This document shows positions 43,727 to 53,597 of a DNA stretch of 61,886 bases, piece after piece. The stretch is from IMG/VR virus record IMGVR_UViG_3300012683_000009. One strand, written 5' to 3'. The notes below the pieces were generated by a model. It was not told where the DNA came from. It made no database searches and saw nothing but the letters and a program-made list of their open reading frames with translations. The translations under genes were made by a program, and so were the position numbers. How positions within the stretch are numbered: position 1 is the stretch's first letter; each line of letters begins with the position of its first letter. The stretch comes from a virus.

Positions 43727-44578
43727 ATGAACGAGCCCCAGGCGAAGTTGATCGACCTGCTGAAGCAACGGCAGGAGCAGTTGAAGTACCTCGGCACTCC
43801 GCCTGGGACCGTGAGCGTTGCCATCGCTCCAAGTCAGGCCGAGATGCAGGTGATGGCTCAGGTCGCAGATGAGCCACCAGAGACCTTCTTCTACGCCAGG
43901 AACCAGACGGAGATGTCCCTGGCCCAGGAGTCTCTCGTGGCTTGGGCCACTACAAAGGTGAGAGCTCTCAGGAAGGAGCTCAAAGAGGCGCAGGAGAACC
44001 TCGACATCGCCACGAAGCGGAAGTGGAAGAAGGGGCCGTTCGAGAATCTCGTACGGAGAGTGTCGAAGAGAGTCACGTTCTACGAGAAGGTCGAAGCTGC
44101 TCTGAAGGCCGGGTACACCATCATCCCGGATATGCAGGCTGACCTCTTCGCCATTCGCACGACGAGAAAGTCCGTGAAGCAGAACAAGGTCAAGGGACCG
44201 TGGTCTCGGCCTAAGCACCAAGAGAGCAACAGCCCTATGATGGGGGAAGGTCGGTACGTAACTCCACAAGGCGAACAAGTCTGGGCCAACGAAGTGAAGA
44301 AACACGAGCCTGGGAAGGCTCCTGAGTACGAGATGGCTCGGTGGGTCGAGGCGCATGACGAGGAGATCGACTTCCCGTTTCGGATGGCCAAGCCGGCGAT
44401 TCTGAACTCCACGGCGCAAGCAATGGCCATGAAGGTCTTCGACGAAATTGGATGCCTTCCTCGATTCCGAGTGCAGGCTGACCCTGTCATCGTCGGGAAG
44501 ATCGTCCTCAAAGAGGGCTACCACACGAAGCGGTTCAACTTCCTCGTCGTATGGTTCATCGACACCAAGGAGCTGTGA
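43727..44578 (+). CDS. Hypothetical protein (283 aa)
   Basis: ORF track. Confidence 0.55.
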   Translation: MNEPQAKLIDLLKQRQEQLKYLGTPPGTVSVAIAPSQAEMQVMAQVADEPPETFFYARNQTEMSLAQESLVAWATTKVRALRKELKEAQENLDIATKRKWKKGPFENLVRRVSKRVTFYEKVEAALKAGYTIIPDMQADLFAIRTTRKSVKQNKVKGPWSRPKHQESNSPMMGEGRYVTPQGEQVWANEVKKHEPGKAPEYEMARWVEAHDEEIDFPFRMAKPAILNSTAQAMAMKVFDEIGCLPRFRVQADPVIVGKIVLKEGYHTKRFNFLVVWFIDTKEL

Positions 44579-44835
44579 TGATCGCCTTTGCAGGCATGCT
44601 GATGAAGGCAGCGGAAGAGGCAGGCATGAAGGTGCCACCGAACCCTGATGAGTACGATCAGGAGAAGTTCCCCCACTTCCATGTCTTCTGTGGGGTGCAG
44701 CTCGGCAGGTCGATGACTTCCTGGACCGAGCACTGGGACAACGCCAAGGTTGTGGCGGAAGTCCCAGAGAAAGAGATCCGAACCATCACGGTCCAGGGTC
44801 TACTCGACAAAGGACTGAAGGCGGTGATGGGCTGA
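44578..44835 (+). CDS. Hypothetical protein (85 aa)
   Basis: ORF 44551..44835 trimmed to ATGA-overlap ATG. Confidence 0.5.
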   Translation: MIAFAGMLMKAAEEAGMKVPPNPDEYDQEKFPHFHVFCGVQLGRSMTSWTEHWDNAKVVAEVPEKEIRTITVQGLLDKGLKAVMG

Positions 44836-45074
44836 TGTTCAACTTCCCCAAGATGCCGAAGTTCTCGAAGCTGGTGGAGAACGCCTTCAAGACGTTCGAC
44901 AAGGGCTTCGAGCAGGTGGAAGAGGCCTTCGATCAGCTCGACGAAGAGATGCCGAAGCTCGATCGAGACCTGAAGGACATCAAGCCTGGCGAAGAGAAGG
45001 AAACCGTGACAGAAGAACGTCGACCAGATGGAACTGTCATCACGACACGCACCGTCATCAGGAAGACTTCGTAG
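44835..45074 (+). CDS. Hypothetical protein (79 aa)
   Basis: ORF track. Confidence 0.5.
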   Translation: MFNFPKMPKFSKLVENAFKTFDKGFEQVEEAFDQLDEEMPKLDRDLKDIKPGEEKETVTEERRPDGTVITTRTVIRKTS

Positions 45075-45164
45075 TGGCCGAGACGTAGGCGGCCTGGTGG
45101 AGGCGGCGGCCCAGAACATCGGGTCGCCTCCCTTTTACTGATCGGTAACACCCAGGAGGGGATC

Positions 45165-45497
45165 TTGAAGTTCACCGAGTCGCTGAAGAAGATCCCAATC
45201 GGGGGAGAAGTGGGTCGACTAGAGAACTCAGGACGGATCTACCCGTGCGTCGTATGTGGGACTCGGACGGGCTGGAGGAATAACGGAGATGGCAGTTGTC
45301 CGGGAGTTCCCTGTTGTAGCGACGAGTGTTTAGATGTGATGGACGAATGGTCGAAAGAGAGCGGTTCGAACACATCTGAAACGAACCGTATCTCCAGCGC
45401 TGAACCCGTTCTTGCGAGGCCAGAGGTGAGTCAGACCCATGAGCGAGAATCGGGCAATGAGGAAGCTGCTGCCAGTTCGGAAGATCCTGCTCGTTGA
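45165..45497 (+). CDS. Cys-rich protein (110 aa), TTG start with AGGAGGGG RBS
   Basis: ORF track. Confidence 0.5.
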   Translation: MKFTESLKKIPIGGEVGRLENSGRIYPCVVCGTRTGWRNNGDGSCPGVPCCSDECLDVMDEWSKESGSNTSETNRISSAEPVLARPEVSQTHERESGNEEAAASSEDPAR

Positions 45498-45846
45498 TGA
45501 TGACGAGCTGATCCGTTCGTTGATGAAGCTCTACATGACCGGGCTCGGCAACTTCGAGTTCTGGGAAGAAGGGAACGGCATGGGTGCTCTCAACCTGACC
45601 CGGCAAGTTCACCCTGACATCATCATCACCGATCTCACCATGCCAGTGATGGATGGAGCGATGCTCACCGCTGAGATCAGAAAAGACCCGGACGAGCTCG
45701 TCCGGAAAGTCCCCATCATCGTCGTCACCGGTGCTGGTGAGGACTTCAAGACCGCCGCCTACAAAGCTGGTGCGAGCCTGGTTCTGGAGAAGCCACTCTC
45801 CAGGAAGACCTTCGCCTCAGCTCTCGAACGGCTACTCCCCAAATAG
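45439..45846 (+). CDS. Stand-alone CheY-like receiver (REC) domain protein
   Basis: ORF track; all REC hallmarks: DD (LVDDDE), phospho-Asp (IIITDLTMPVMDG), T (IIVVTG), K (LEKPL). Confidence 0.75.
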   Translation: MSENRAMRKLLPVRKILLVDDDELIRSLMKLYMTGLGNFEFWEEGNGMGALNLTRQVHPDIIITDLTMPVMDGAMLTAEIRKDPDELVRKVPIIVVTGAGEDFKTAAYKAGASLVLEKPLSRKTFASALERLLPK

Positions 45847-45857
45847 GAGTTCCCCAC

Positions 45858-46034
45858 ATGAAGAAGAAAGTGAAAACCGTCTACGAAGTCGTGGACGCTG
45901 AGGACGCTTTGTCTCACGACTCCAACTACTGGTACCGAACGAAGACGGCACTAAGTGCCAAGGCGAAGGTCTCGAACGTCCCTGCTCAGTACAAGGTCGT
46001 CGTTCGGAAGGTCACAGTCGAAGTCATGAAGTGA
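45858..46034 (+). CDS. Small protein (58 aa)
   Basis: AGGAG RBS; below cutoff. Confidence 0.4.
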   Translation: MKKKVKTVYEVVDAEDALSHDSNYWYRTKTALSAKAKVSNVPAQYKVVVRKVTVEVMK

Positions 46035-46047
46035 AAGGAGAAGTTCA

Positions 46048-47337
46048 ATGGCGAAGAAAGCGGTGCTGGTGATCACGGATCCTGGGATGCCTCCAACGGT
46101 GTTCGTTGTACCGGACGAGGCCCTCAACGAAGGAGACATCAAGAGGCTGAACCGTCTCCTGGAGTACGTCGGCAGCTACGACTTCGACGCCGAGGACTTT
46201 CGGGAGTGCTCCAACCTGAAGGAAGTGCATGACGCACTGATCGAGCAGTTGGGCCTCAAGGACGATGAGGAGGCACCAGAGTTCGATTGGTACCCGGACC
46301 AGAAGCTCGCCGTGACTCGGGCCGAGGTGAAGAAGCGGGAGCTCGAAGAGCACTACAAGAAGTATCCTCACGGGACCGTCACCGGGAGGATGAGTTCGAA
46401 GGATGGCCACTTGTCGAACTTGCCGAAGCCTGGGCCTTCACTTCGACAGGCGGCCAAGAGAGTCGACTTCGGCTCGCCGTCTCCCACGGGACGCTTTCCT
46501 TCAGCGCTCGAACAGCAGCACATCAACCCTTTTCTGAAGACGAACCCCAGAGTCGACGCAGAGTTCAACTTCAACTTCGACTACGCAGAGATCGAGAGGA
46601 GACTGTTCGCAGCCATCGGACCACCCATCGCCAAGATCTATGACGAGTACGTCTTCGAGGTTGCGGACAAGGATGCACCAGCAGCTCGGGAAGCGATGAA
46701 GCAGTTCTGTGAGGAAGTGTTCAAGAACGTCAAGTTCCCCCTCGTTCGAGTCGGCGACTTCACCATGTACGAAGGTGGCGTGGGTCACTGGAAGTCGGAG
46801 AAGTCGAACCTCCAGGAGCTGCCCAAGCACGTCAAGACCCAGAACGGCACGCTCGTGACGATCAACTGGGGCCAGTGCTCACCAGAGTGTGCTGGCTGGC
46901 TCCACATGAACGAGCCGTACGAGATCGAGCAGTGCGACGAGTGCAGGAGGTTCGAGCTGACCCCTGACGGGCACGAAGCAGCACGCAAAGCCCATCGGGA
47001 GGAGTGTGGCTGCGGCTGGCCGGAGTTCGACATCCAGGACGCAGCAATGGCCTGGGTCACAGACCTGATCGAAGACCACGTCATCACGAAGGACGACATC
47101 AAAGAGCTGTCGGACCTTCTCTGCTGCCGTGACACTGAGTTCATGGACAACGTGGTGCCGGCTGTCTACGCCTGCTCCAGGCTCGTGGAGAAGGCAAGGA
47201 GCGCCACCAACCCCAACAGGAACAGCCTCGAAGGTCTGGCGAAGCTCCTCAAGGAAACCCGAGATGGCATCGAGAACGAAACGCTCAAGCTCAAAGACTT
47301 CGGCAGCCCTCCCGGCTCCGAAGAAGAAAGTGACTAG
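46048..47337 (+). CDS. Hypothetical protein (429 aa)
   Basis: ORF track. Confidence 0.6.
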   Translation: MAKKAVLVITDPGMPPTVFVVPDEALNEGDIKRLNRLLEYVGSYDFDAEDFRECSNLKEVHDALIEQLGLKDDEEAPEFDWYPDQKLAVTRAEVKKRELEEHYKKYPHGTVTGRMSSKDGHLSNLPKPGPSLRQAAKRVDFGSPSPTGRFPSALEQQHINPFLKTNPRVDAEFNFNFDYAEIERRLFAAIGPPIAKIYDEYVFEVADKDAPAAREAMKQFCEEVFKNVKFPLVRVGDFTMYEGGVGHWKSEKSNLQELPKHVKTQNGTLVTINWGQCSPECAGWLHMNEPYEIEQCDECRRFELTPDGHEAARKAHREECGCGWPEFDIQDAAMAWVTDLIEDHVITKDDIKELSDLLCCRDTEFMDNVVPAVYACSRLVEKARSATNPNRNSLEGLAKLLKETRDGIENETLKLKDFGSPPGSEEESD

Positions 47338-47686
47338 GGAGGACGTACTGGCAGGAAGGGCACTGTTTCGACCCAAGATTCCGGAGTGCGAGACACCGTG
47401 CCCTTCCTGTCCCTTCTCCAACGGCAACGACAAAGAGTTCGGCGCAGTGATGAACAAGCTCGCCGTTGCCACAGGAGAAGAGTTTCCCGTTCCCACCAGC
47501 GTATCCCGTGCTCGTGTGCGGATGGAGCTCCAACACAACGGAGACTTCATCTGCCACTTCACGGCGTACAACATCGAAGACATGTCACTGAAACCAAGGA
47601 AAGGACACCGGCAATGCCCAGGAGCAACGAAGTGGTACAAGACGGTAGTGACAGACGGCACTCTTCGAAGACTGAACGGGAAGTAG
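47264..47686 (+). CDS. Hypothetical Cys-rich protein (about 140 aa; start uncertain)
   Basis: ORF 47129..47686 trimmed to first ATG. Confidence 0.4.
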   Translation: MASRTKRSSSKTSAALPAPKKKVTREDVLAGRALFRPKIPECETPCPSCPFSNGNDKEFGAVMNKLAVATGEEFPVPTSVSRARVRMELQHNGDFICHFTAYNIEDMSLKPRKGHRQCPGATKWYKTVVTDGTLRRLNGK

Positions 47687-47895
47687 AGCGCACGCTCGTC
47701 TACGACACGAAGTTGATGCGACCAGCCTGTGCCCTTCTCCAAGCTGCCTTTGGTGGGACGGTCGCCAACTTCGACACTATGCAGATGGGTGAGTGGATAA
47801 CCTTTCCGACCCCCGACATGAGAACGTTCATCGTCACGGAAAAAGACATCGAAGACCTGAAGAAGTACGACGCACTGCGGAGGGGAAAGAAATGA
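47614..47895 (+). CDS. Hypothetical protein (93 aa)
   Basis: ORF 47386..47895 trimmed. Confidence 0.4.
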   Translation: MPRSNEVVQDGSDRRHSSKTEREVERTLVYDTKLMRPACALLQAAFGGTVANFDTMQMGEWITFPTPDMRTFIVTEKDIEDLKKYDALRRGKK

Positions 47896-48176
47896 GCACC
47901 GACTACGAGTTGTACAAGGACGGGACGCACGAGTGCTGGATCATCGAGGGGTCGAGCCAGTTCACCATCGGAGTGAAGGAAGAGGATCCGGTGCGCCACC
48001 CTGACGTAGAGGATGGCATCTGCATCATCGACTTCCCGAGGGGCAGGAGCCTCACTGCCGAAGAGGTCGTCGACATGGCGATGAAGCTGATCCAGCCCAC
48101 CCTCTACAACGTCGAGGACCCGGAGAAGTTCTTCAAGGAAGTCATCCTCAAGAAGGTCAAAGAGCTCCACGTATGA
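47892..48176 (+). CDS. Hypothetical protein (94 aa)
   Basis: ORF 47793..48176 trimmed to ATGA-overlap ATG. Confidence 0.5.
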   Translation: MSTDYELYKDGTHECWIIEGSSQFTIGVKEEDPVRHPDVEDGICIIDFPRGRSLTAEEVVDMAMKLIQPTLYNVEDPEKFFKEVILKKVKELHV

Positions 48177-48361
48177 AGACCGACTGGAAGCAGTACGAGA
48201 AGGTCTTCGAAGAGATGAGAGAGCTCGCCAAGAAGTACCGGGTCCCTGTCATCATGCCCACACAGCATCCGAGGCCGCCTGGGTTCGGGCCTCTGGCCCC
48301 AAGACGCAGGTTCGGAGAGCCCGACTTCATCTTCATCGACTACCCGGACGTGCTGCGATGA
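48173..48361 (+). CDS. Hypothetical protein (62 aa)
   Basis: ORF track. Confidence 0.45.
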   Translation: MKTDWKQYEKVFEEMRELAKKYRVPVIMPTQHPRPPGFGPLAPRRRFGEPDFIFIDYPDVLR

Positions 48362-48678
48362 CGGACCAACCTCCCAAGAAGAAGCGGAAGCTGCTCATCG
48401 TCGACATCGGGGAAGACGGAAAGCCGATCGTTGACCCTTCCGTGCCGCAACAGAGGCTCGCAGGCATCGAGAGTACACACCAGCAGCTCCAGAAGTACGT
48501 TCAAGATCTGGCCATTCACTTCCAGTTCCAAGGTCAAGTCGACCAGGAGGTCTGGAAGAAGGTAGACCTGGTCCTCACCGCACAAACACAGGAGGAAGCA
48601 AATGCACTCATCAACGCAGCATCCCAGCACGCACTTGCCTTCTTCCAGGGTGCGGCCGGAGGTAGTCCAGGTCGTTGA
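48358..48678 (+). CDS. Hypothetical protein (106 aa)
   Basis: ORF track. Confidence 0.5.
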   Translation: MTDQPPKKKRKLLIVDIGEDGKPIVDPSVPQQRLAGIESTHQQLQKYVQDLAIHFQFQGQVDQEVWKKVDLVLTAQTQEEANALINAASQHALAFFQGAAGGSPGR

Positions 48679-49015
48679 GAACAAGTGGGAAGGGCCGTAC
48701 ACGAAGCTCCACCTCACCCTCTTCGACCGAGGCCTCTACTTCGGTGAGGCCGTAGCCACCTCGTGGGAGTGGATCGAAAAGGGCTGGTGGTACCTCAACA
48801 ACATCGATGTCGACCCCGACTTCCAGGGCTTCGGCTTCGGAAGTCTGCTCATCCTGCGACTCTGCGAGGAGCTGAAGAAGAGGGGCATGATCGGGCTCTA
48901 CGTTGCCCCTGCTGCGACGGAGAACGACCTAGAGCGGTTGGAGCGCTTCTACCTGCGGAACGGCTTCGTGAAGACCGATGAGGGTCAAATGCCGTGGAAG
49001 AAAAGACTCCCCTGA
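48602..49015 (+). CDS. GNAT-family acetyltransferase-like protein
   Basis: ORF track; WYLNNIDVDPDFQGFGFGSLLI resembles GNAT motif A; start uncertain. Confidence 0.5.
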   Translation: MHSSTQHPSTHLPSSRVRPEVVQVVENKWEGPYTKLHLTLFDRGLYFGEAVATSWEWIEKGWWYLNNIDVDPDFQGFGFGSLLILRLCEELKKRGMIGLYVAPAATENDLERLERFYLRNGFVKTDEGQMPWKKRLP

Positions 49016-49070
49016 GATCGGCATAAGAAGAGAGCAGGGAAATCACTCTGCCTTTTCCTCGGGAGGGGAC

Positions 49071-49427
49071 TTGTCGAACCTGGCGCAGGAGCTGTTGATC
49101 AACACCGAACACTTGAAGCACCTCATCTTCGTTATGGTCTCTTCCGGAACTCTGGAGGAGAAGCTCAGGCCTTACAGAGAGCAGCTCCACGTGGTGCAGT
49201 CCCTCGACATGGAGCTCTCCGCCTTCTGCTTGAACATCGAGAGGGAGGGGCTCAGGGTCGAAGAGACCATCAAAGTCACTGAACGGATCGACGAGCTCGT
49301 CGAGCAGTGCAAGGCGTTCCTTCGAGTGCAGAGTCGAGAACTCGCCAGGGAGAGTCTGAAGCAGCTCAGGGACGAACACCGGGTGTTCCTGCATGCGATG
49401 GACGTCCGTCGGAAGGCTCGTTCATGA
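49071..49427 (+). CDS. Hypothetical protein (118 aa), TTG start after CCTCGGGAGGGGAC
   Basis: ORF 48978..49427 trimmed by analogy with the conserved SD cassette spacing. Confidence 0.45.
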   Translation: MSNLAQELLINTEHLKHLIFVMVSSGTLEEKLRPYREQLHVVQSLDMELSAFCLNIEREGLRVEETIKVTERIDELVEQCKAFLRVQSRELARESLKQLRDEHRVFLHAMDVRRKARS

Positions 49428-49714
49428 GCCAGTTCGGCTGTTACACCCTCGACCGTGCCTTCTGCACCTGTGGTAGTTGCGAGGCGTGCAAGCACCGAGC
49501 TCTCATCGAGGGTGAGGAGAAGGCGAAGCAGATGAAGACGGCCGTCGGGAGAGCCATCAACGGCTTCTACCGGAGGGTCAGCGCAGGGAAGTACAACAGC
49601 CCTGAGGACAAGAAGGAAAAGGCAAAGCAGCGCCTTGAAGACGAGCGGCGTAAGGAAGATGCGAAACAAGACCGGCTCTGGAGAAACCCAGAGCTCTTTC
49701 CACGGGGACCCTAA
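49424..49714 (+). CDS. Cys-rich protein (96 aa; CTCGSCEACKH)
   Basis: ORF 49307..49714 trimmed to ATGA-overlap ATG. Confidence 0.5.
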   Translation: MSQFGCYTLDRAFCTCGSCEACKHRALIEGEEKAKQMKTAVGRAINGFYRRVSAGKYNSPEDKKEKAKQRLEDERRKEDAKQDRLWRNPELFPRGP

Positions 49715-50605
49715 GTGACGACGACACCGACGACGACAAGCAGGCTGGTCGAGGCCACGCAGTTCACCATCCAGGACTACGAGATCTTCAAGACCGGAAC
49801 GAAGTTCGACAACAAGTTCCGCCAGGCTGCCATGGAGAAGATGGCCCTGGACGAGAAGGATCCGAAGTCCGAGCTCAACAAGCTCGGCTTCAAGGAGGTG
49901 CGTCGGGTCCGTGTTCTCCGGGAAGCAGGGGACACAGAGGGAACGAACCTGACGCTCGTCTACGAGACGAAGACCGACAAACGAACCCTGGAGATGGCGG
50001 CCTACAAGAAGGATCAGCAGAAGGCTGCCGACGTGAGGTACACCTTCCCGGTCTGGATCGCCGATGCGAAGGTCTACTTGAAGGCCGTCTTCACAGAGCT
50101 CGTGGAGTGGGTCGACGCCAAGACGACCCTCGCTGATCCACACAACCCAGAGCGCAACGTCCAGAAGGACATCGCAGACCAACTGGAAGTGCTCTGCAAG
50201 AAGATGGAAGAGTCGAAGCTGTCGAGCCAGGAGCTCGCCGTGATCCGAGTCGACGTCTACAAGATTCTCCACTCGCACACGAACGCTCAGTTCATCCCGA
50301 ACCTCGACGACACGACGGCCGAGGACTGGCCGAAGGAGAAGCTGGAGAAGGTGCAGGCGACGAATGCGGCACGAAGCGAGCTCTTCCTACGGCTCGACTT
50401 CCTCTCGTCGGCGCTCTGCTTCCTCCCGAAACCGCTGTTCGACAAGTCGTCGCTCCTCACCTACGCCACCTCTCTTCGTCCTCCTCGCCAAGCCCCCAAA
50501 GGGAACGCAGGAAGGCCGCCGAGGGAGAACAAGGGCAACGAGAAGCCGCAGAACCGTCAGCACCGCAATCCGAAGTCAGCAGAGAAGCCTCGTACTCAAG
50601 CGTAG
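49715..50605 (+). CDS. Hypothetical protein (296 aa)
   Basis: ORF track. Confidence 0.55.
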   Translation: MTTTPTTTSRLVEATQFTIQDYEIFKTGTKFDNKFRQAAMEKMALDEKDPKSELNKLGFKEVRRVRVLREAGDTEGTNLTLVYETKTDKRTLEMAAYKKDQQKAADVRYTFPVWIADAKVYLKAVFTELVEWVDAKTTLADPHNPERNVQKDIADQLEVLCKKMEESKLSSQELAVIRVDVYKILHSHTNAQFIPNLDDTTAEDWPKEKLEKVQATNAARSELFLRLDFLSSALCFLPKPLFDKSSLLTYATSLRPPRQAPKGNAGRPPRENKGNEKPQNRQHRNPKSAEKPRTQA

Positions 50606-50662
50606 CGGGTACAGTTCTGGGGATGCCGGCGCTTGTCAGCCTGCCGGCCCGCAACGTGGTGC

Positions 50663-50698
50663 CGGTCCTCGAAAGGGGGCCGGCACATTTCATTTAGG
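50663..50698 (+). terminator. Terminator-like hairpin (TGCCGGTCC / GGGCCGGCA) followed by CATTTCATTT
   Basis: Seen in sequence. Confidence 0.45.
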
Positions 50699-50704
50699 AG
50701 CCCT

Positions 50705-51088
50705 ATGGGACCGAGAAGAATGTGCATCATGCTGGGATGCCCGAACTACGCACTGGAGACGAAGGACACGTGCGGAGGGTGTACTGCCGGGGCCAGCATC
50801 GCAGGTCCGGCCCTGTCGGCTCCCTCTCCTGCTGCCATCGCAGCAGCCGAAGAGATGTTGAGGATTCCCAACGCTCTGGCTGCGGCGGTCAAGACGGCCG
50901 AGGAAGTCACGAAGCAGATGCACGTCCTGTGTGGACAGATGGAGCTCATTGCCCATCTCTTCACGGAGCGCCAACGAGCAACGTCAGCCCCTCCTGCTAA
51001 GAACTACTTCCTCAATGAACAACACACCACACACGTGTCCAAAGCACAGATCCGAAGAGAACGGCGAGAGGCCAAAGCGAGAAGCTGA
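50705..51088 (+). CDS. Cys-rich protein (127 aa)
   Basis: ORF 50633..51088 trimmed to ATG with AGGAGCC RBS. Confidence 0.5.
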   Translation: MGPRRMCIMLGCPNYALETKDTCGGCTAGASIAGPALSAPSPAAIAAAEEMLRIPNALAAAVKTAEEVTKQMHVLCGQMELIAHLFTERQRATSAPPAKNYFLNEQHTTHVSKAQIRRERREAKARS

Positions 51089-51197
51089 GAGCAAGCCTGC
51101 ACGCATTCGCCGCAAGACTCGGAAGTCTGGGTCCGGCCGTTCTCGTAGTCGCTGACTTCATCGGCCACATCTTCGGCATCGAACTCGGAGTCCACTG

Positions 51198-51554
51198 ATG
51201 GCACGCAAGAAGAAGGATCGGCCGTACGAGACCAACCGTTACCGGATGGGCATTCAGGTGACGGCAGGTGGTGTCTCTCTACCCAATGCCCACGTCGTCT
51301 ACGAGGTCTGCTACTCGGACGGCACTTCCCGACTCGAACGAGGGAGGTCCGTGTTCGGAGTGCAGGCAACGAACATCCGAAACAAGAAAGAGAGATTGGA
51401 GGCCGGGCTCACCAGTCGGCCTGATCTCTACACGGTGATGCACGCCGCAGCTCTGCTCAACAGACAGGTCGAAGAGGCCTGCCTCAGCGCTGATGGACAC
51501 TACGACCGGGCCGAGAGGCTCAAGAAGAAGCGCTACAAGGACGACTACTCATGA
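51198..51554 (+). CDS. Hypothetical protein (118 aa)
   Basis: ORF track. Confidence 0.5.
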   Translation: MARKKKDRPYETNRYRMGIQVTAGGVSLPNAHVVYEVCYSDGTSRLERGRSVFGVQATNIRNKKERLEAGLTSRPDLYTVMHAAALLNRQVEEACLSADGHYDRAERLKKKRYKDDYS

Positions 51555-52951
51555 ACAGAGAAGACATCACGCAGATCATCGAGAAACAGAAGACCATCGT
51601 CAGCCTCGCTCTCAGCAAGGGGATCGGAAGCGCCGACATTCGAGTCGATGAAGTCGTCGCCGAGAACGCCAACGAGACCATCGAGAAACTCAAGGCGATG
51701 ATCGAGCTCCCGATGCATCCAGATCCGGAGATCAACAAGGAAGTGAACGCCGACCTTCAAGCAGGAGAGGCAGCCGACAGAGTTGCAGGCCTTCCTTCTC
51801 AGAAGTTCGAAGAGAGCGAGCGAGAGCTGGATGAACGCTTTCGAGGGTGGACACCCACGCCCGAGAACGTCAATCGGCTTCCGGAGCCTCTTCGGCAGTA
51901 CATCCACGACATCGAGACGAAGTGCGATCCGGCTGGTGATGCTCAGCAGATCCTCCTTCTGAAGGACACCGTCAACGGCCAGGTCGTTCGCATCAAAGAG
52001 CTGGAGAACGCCTGCGACACCTTCGAGAAGAACTCGAACGAGGCCTCTCAGGTGTTCGAGGTGCTGATGCGCTACAGCCTGGTGCCTGCTGAGAAACCAG
52101 GTCCGACGTTGGCCGCCATCGTCTCGACTGCGCTGTTGGAGGTCGAGAAGGTCCACACGGCTCTGGGCAAGTTCCCTGGCAGCACCCTTTCCCTGGCAGC
52201 CGAAGTTCGCCTCAACGAGTACCGAGCGATGACCGAGAAGTACGAAGCGATGAAGCTTCAGGTCGAAGAGGCCGAGAAGAGCGTCAAGTTCCTGCTGGAT
52301 ACGGAGGCGATGTCGGCTCCGGACGTGGCAGCTCTGGTCGCTGCGGCCTTGGTCGTCAAAGACCTTCCGGAACCTGGGAGGAAAGCAGTGCAGGCCTTCG
52401 TTCGGAACATCCAGCGGCTCGAAGACAAGCTCGAAACGAAGACCTCGGACTACAACCGGCTCGTCCTCGCAGTGAAGAAGCACCACGATCAGAAGGGCGA
52501 CGACCGCTGCTGGCTCGATGATGCGACGCTCTACCAGGAGACCGGTCTCCAAGGAGCTGAGACAGCTCTTCCCGGCAGGGATGAATTCCTCGAAAACTGC
52601 TCCAGGTTCCATGAGAGCCGGGTGCATCCGAGCGACAAGAACAAGTACATCACCGTGGAGCAGCGCATCGTCAATGCTCGGACGCAGTGGGAGACGGAGG
52701 GCAACGAGCAGCTCAAAGAGAAAGAGAAGACGATCAAGAAGCTCGGCAACATGCTCGACAAGACCGTCGGGGATCTCCGGGCCGCTGTGAAGGTCCAGAG
52801 AGCCTTCAACGAGACCAAGACCATCAGTGGGAGGCAGTTCGCTTCCTCGATGACCAAGTACGTTCTCCCGGCCCTGAAGCGTCTCGGCTGGATTCCAACG
52901 AAAGAGGAGGCACGGGTTGGCAAAGCCAACGGCAGAGTTCGAGGACGTTGA
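51551..52951 (+). CDS. Hypothetical coiled-coil protein (466 aa)
   Basis: ORF track. Confidence 0.6.
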   Translation: MNREDITQIIEKQKTIVSLALSKGIGSADIRVDEVVAENANETIEKLKAMIELPMHPDPEINKEVNADLQAGEAADRVAGLPSQKFEESERELDERFRGWTPTPENVNRLPEPLRQYIHDIETKCDPAGDAQQILLLKDTVNGQVVRIKELENACDTFEKNSNEASQVFEVLMRYSLVPAEKPGPTLAAIVSTALLEVEKVHTALGKFPGSTLSLAAEVRLNEYRAMTEKYEAMKLQVEEAEKSVKFLLDTEAMSAPDVAALVAAALVVKDLPEPGRKAVQAFVRNIQRLEDKLETKTSDYNRLVLAVKKHHDQKGDDRCWLDDATLYQETGLQGAETALPGRDEFLENCSRFHESRVHPSDKNKYITVEQRIVNARTQWETEGNEQLKEKEKTIKKLGNMLDKTVGDLRAAVKVQRAFNETKTISGRQFASSMTKYVLPALKRLGWIPTKEEARVGKANGRVRGR

Positions 52952-53114
52952 GTGCATCGCTGAAACAACCGATGCCATCCTTGTCGTCGTGGAGGGCAAA
53001 GAGCACTGGATCCCCAAGAACCAGGTCAACGAAGACAGCGAAGTCTACGAGAAGGGTGGGGAGGGCACTCTCATCGTCACTCAGTGGATCGCAGAGAAGG
53101 AGGGACTCGTTTGA
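52917..53114 (+). CDS. Hypothetical protein (65 aa)
   Basis: ORF track. Confidence 0.4.
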   Translation: MAKPTAEFEDVECIAETTDAILVVVEGKEHWIPKNQVNEDSEVYEKGGEGTLIVTQWIAEKEGLV

Positions 53115-53512
53115 AAGAGCCCAAGAGCCTGAACGCCATTGAGGAGAGAGCTCGGCGCCGAAGCAAGGAGGGGGAATTCAAGCACCTCATTCGGCTCATC
53201 AACGATCTGCGGAAACAGGACTCCAAGATCAAGAACAAGCTCCACGTCGGAGCCGAACCTCCCAAGGTCGGCGAGGACATCTACGTCGGTGGGAGCATGT
53301 ACATCGATCACGGAGAGGATGACACCGAGGGTGGTCTTGCGGAGGTCACCAAGGTCGAATGGGCGCCTGAGATCAACGGAGGCACCTTCGAGATCGAGGT
53401 CGCTGAGCTCCCCAGCAAAGGCTTCTACTGGAATTCTCTCGTGAACGACCAAGAGATGCTCAAGAAGGAGCACGGCAAGAGCAGAGCTCATCCGGACCCA
53501 GACAACGGGTGA
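53111..53512 (+). CDS. Hypothetical protein (133 aa), TTG start
   Basis: ORF 53084..53512 trimmed; TTGA overlap. Confidence 0.45.
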   Translation: MKEPKSLNAIEERARRRSKEGEFKHLIRLINDLRKQDSKIKNKLHVGAEPPKVGEDIYVGGSMYIDHGEDDTEGGLAEVTKVEWAPEINGGTFEIEVAELPSKGFYWNSLVNDQEMLKKEHGKSRAHPDPDNG

Positions 53513-53532
53513 GAAAAACAGCTCCTCCCGAG

Positions 53533-53540
53533 GGCATAAG
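53533..53540 (+). promoter_or_regulatory. GGCATAAG promoter-like element, then hairpin, then CTTCTCGGGAGGAAG SD and ATG 53598
   Basis: Motif recurrence. Confidence 0.45.
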
Positions 53541-53597
53541 AGAGGTGAGCAAATCGGAAACGTACTTGCTCATCAACTCGCTTCTCGGGAGGAAGCC

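Noticed and set aside
43697-44638. 313-aa minus ORF
   Set aside because: Antisense to 43727..44578; the whole neighbourhood is plus-strand with coupled starts.
46879-47742. 287-aa minus ORF
   Set aside because: Antisense across three coupled plus-strand genes.
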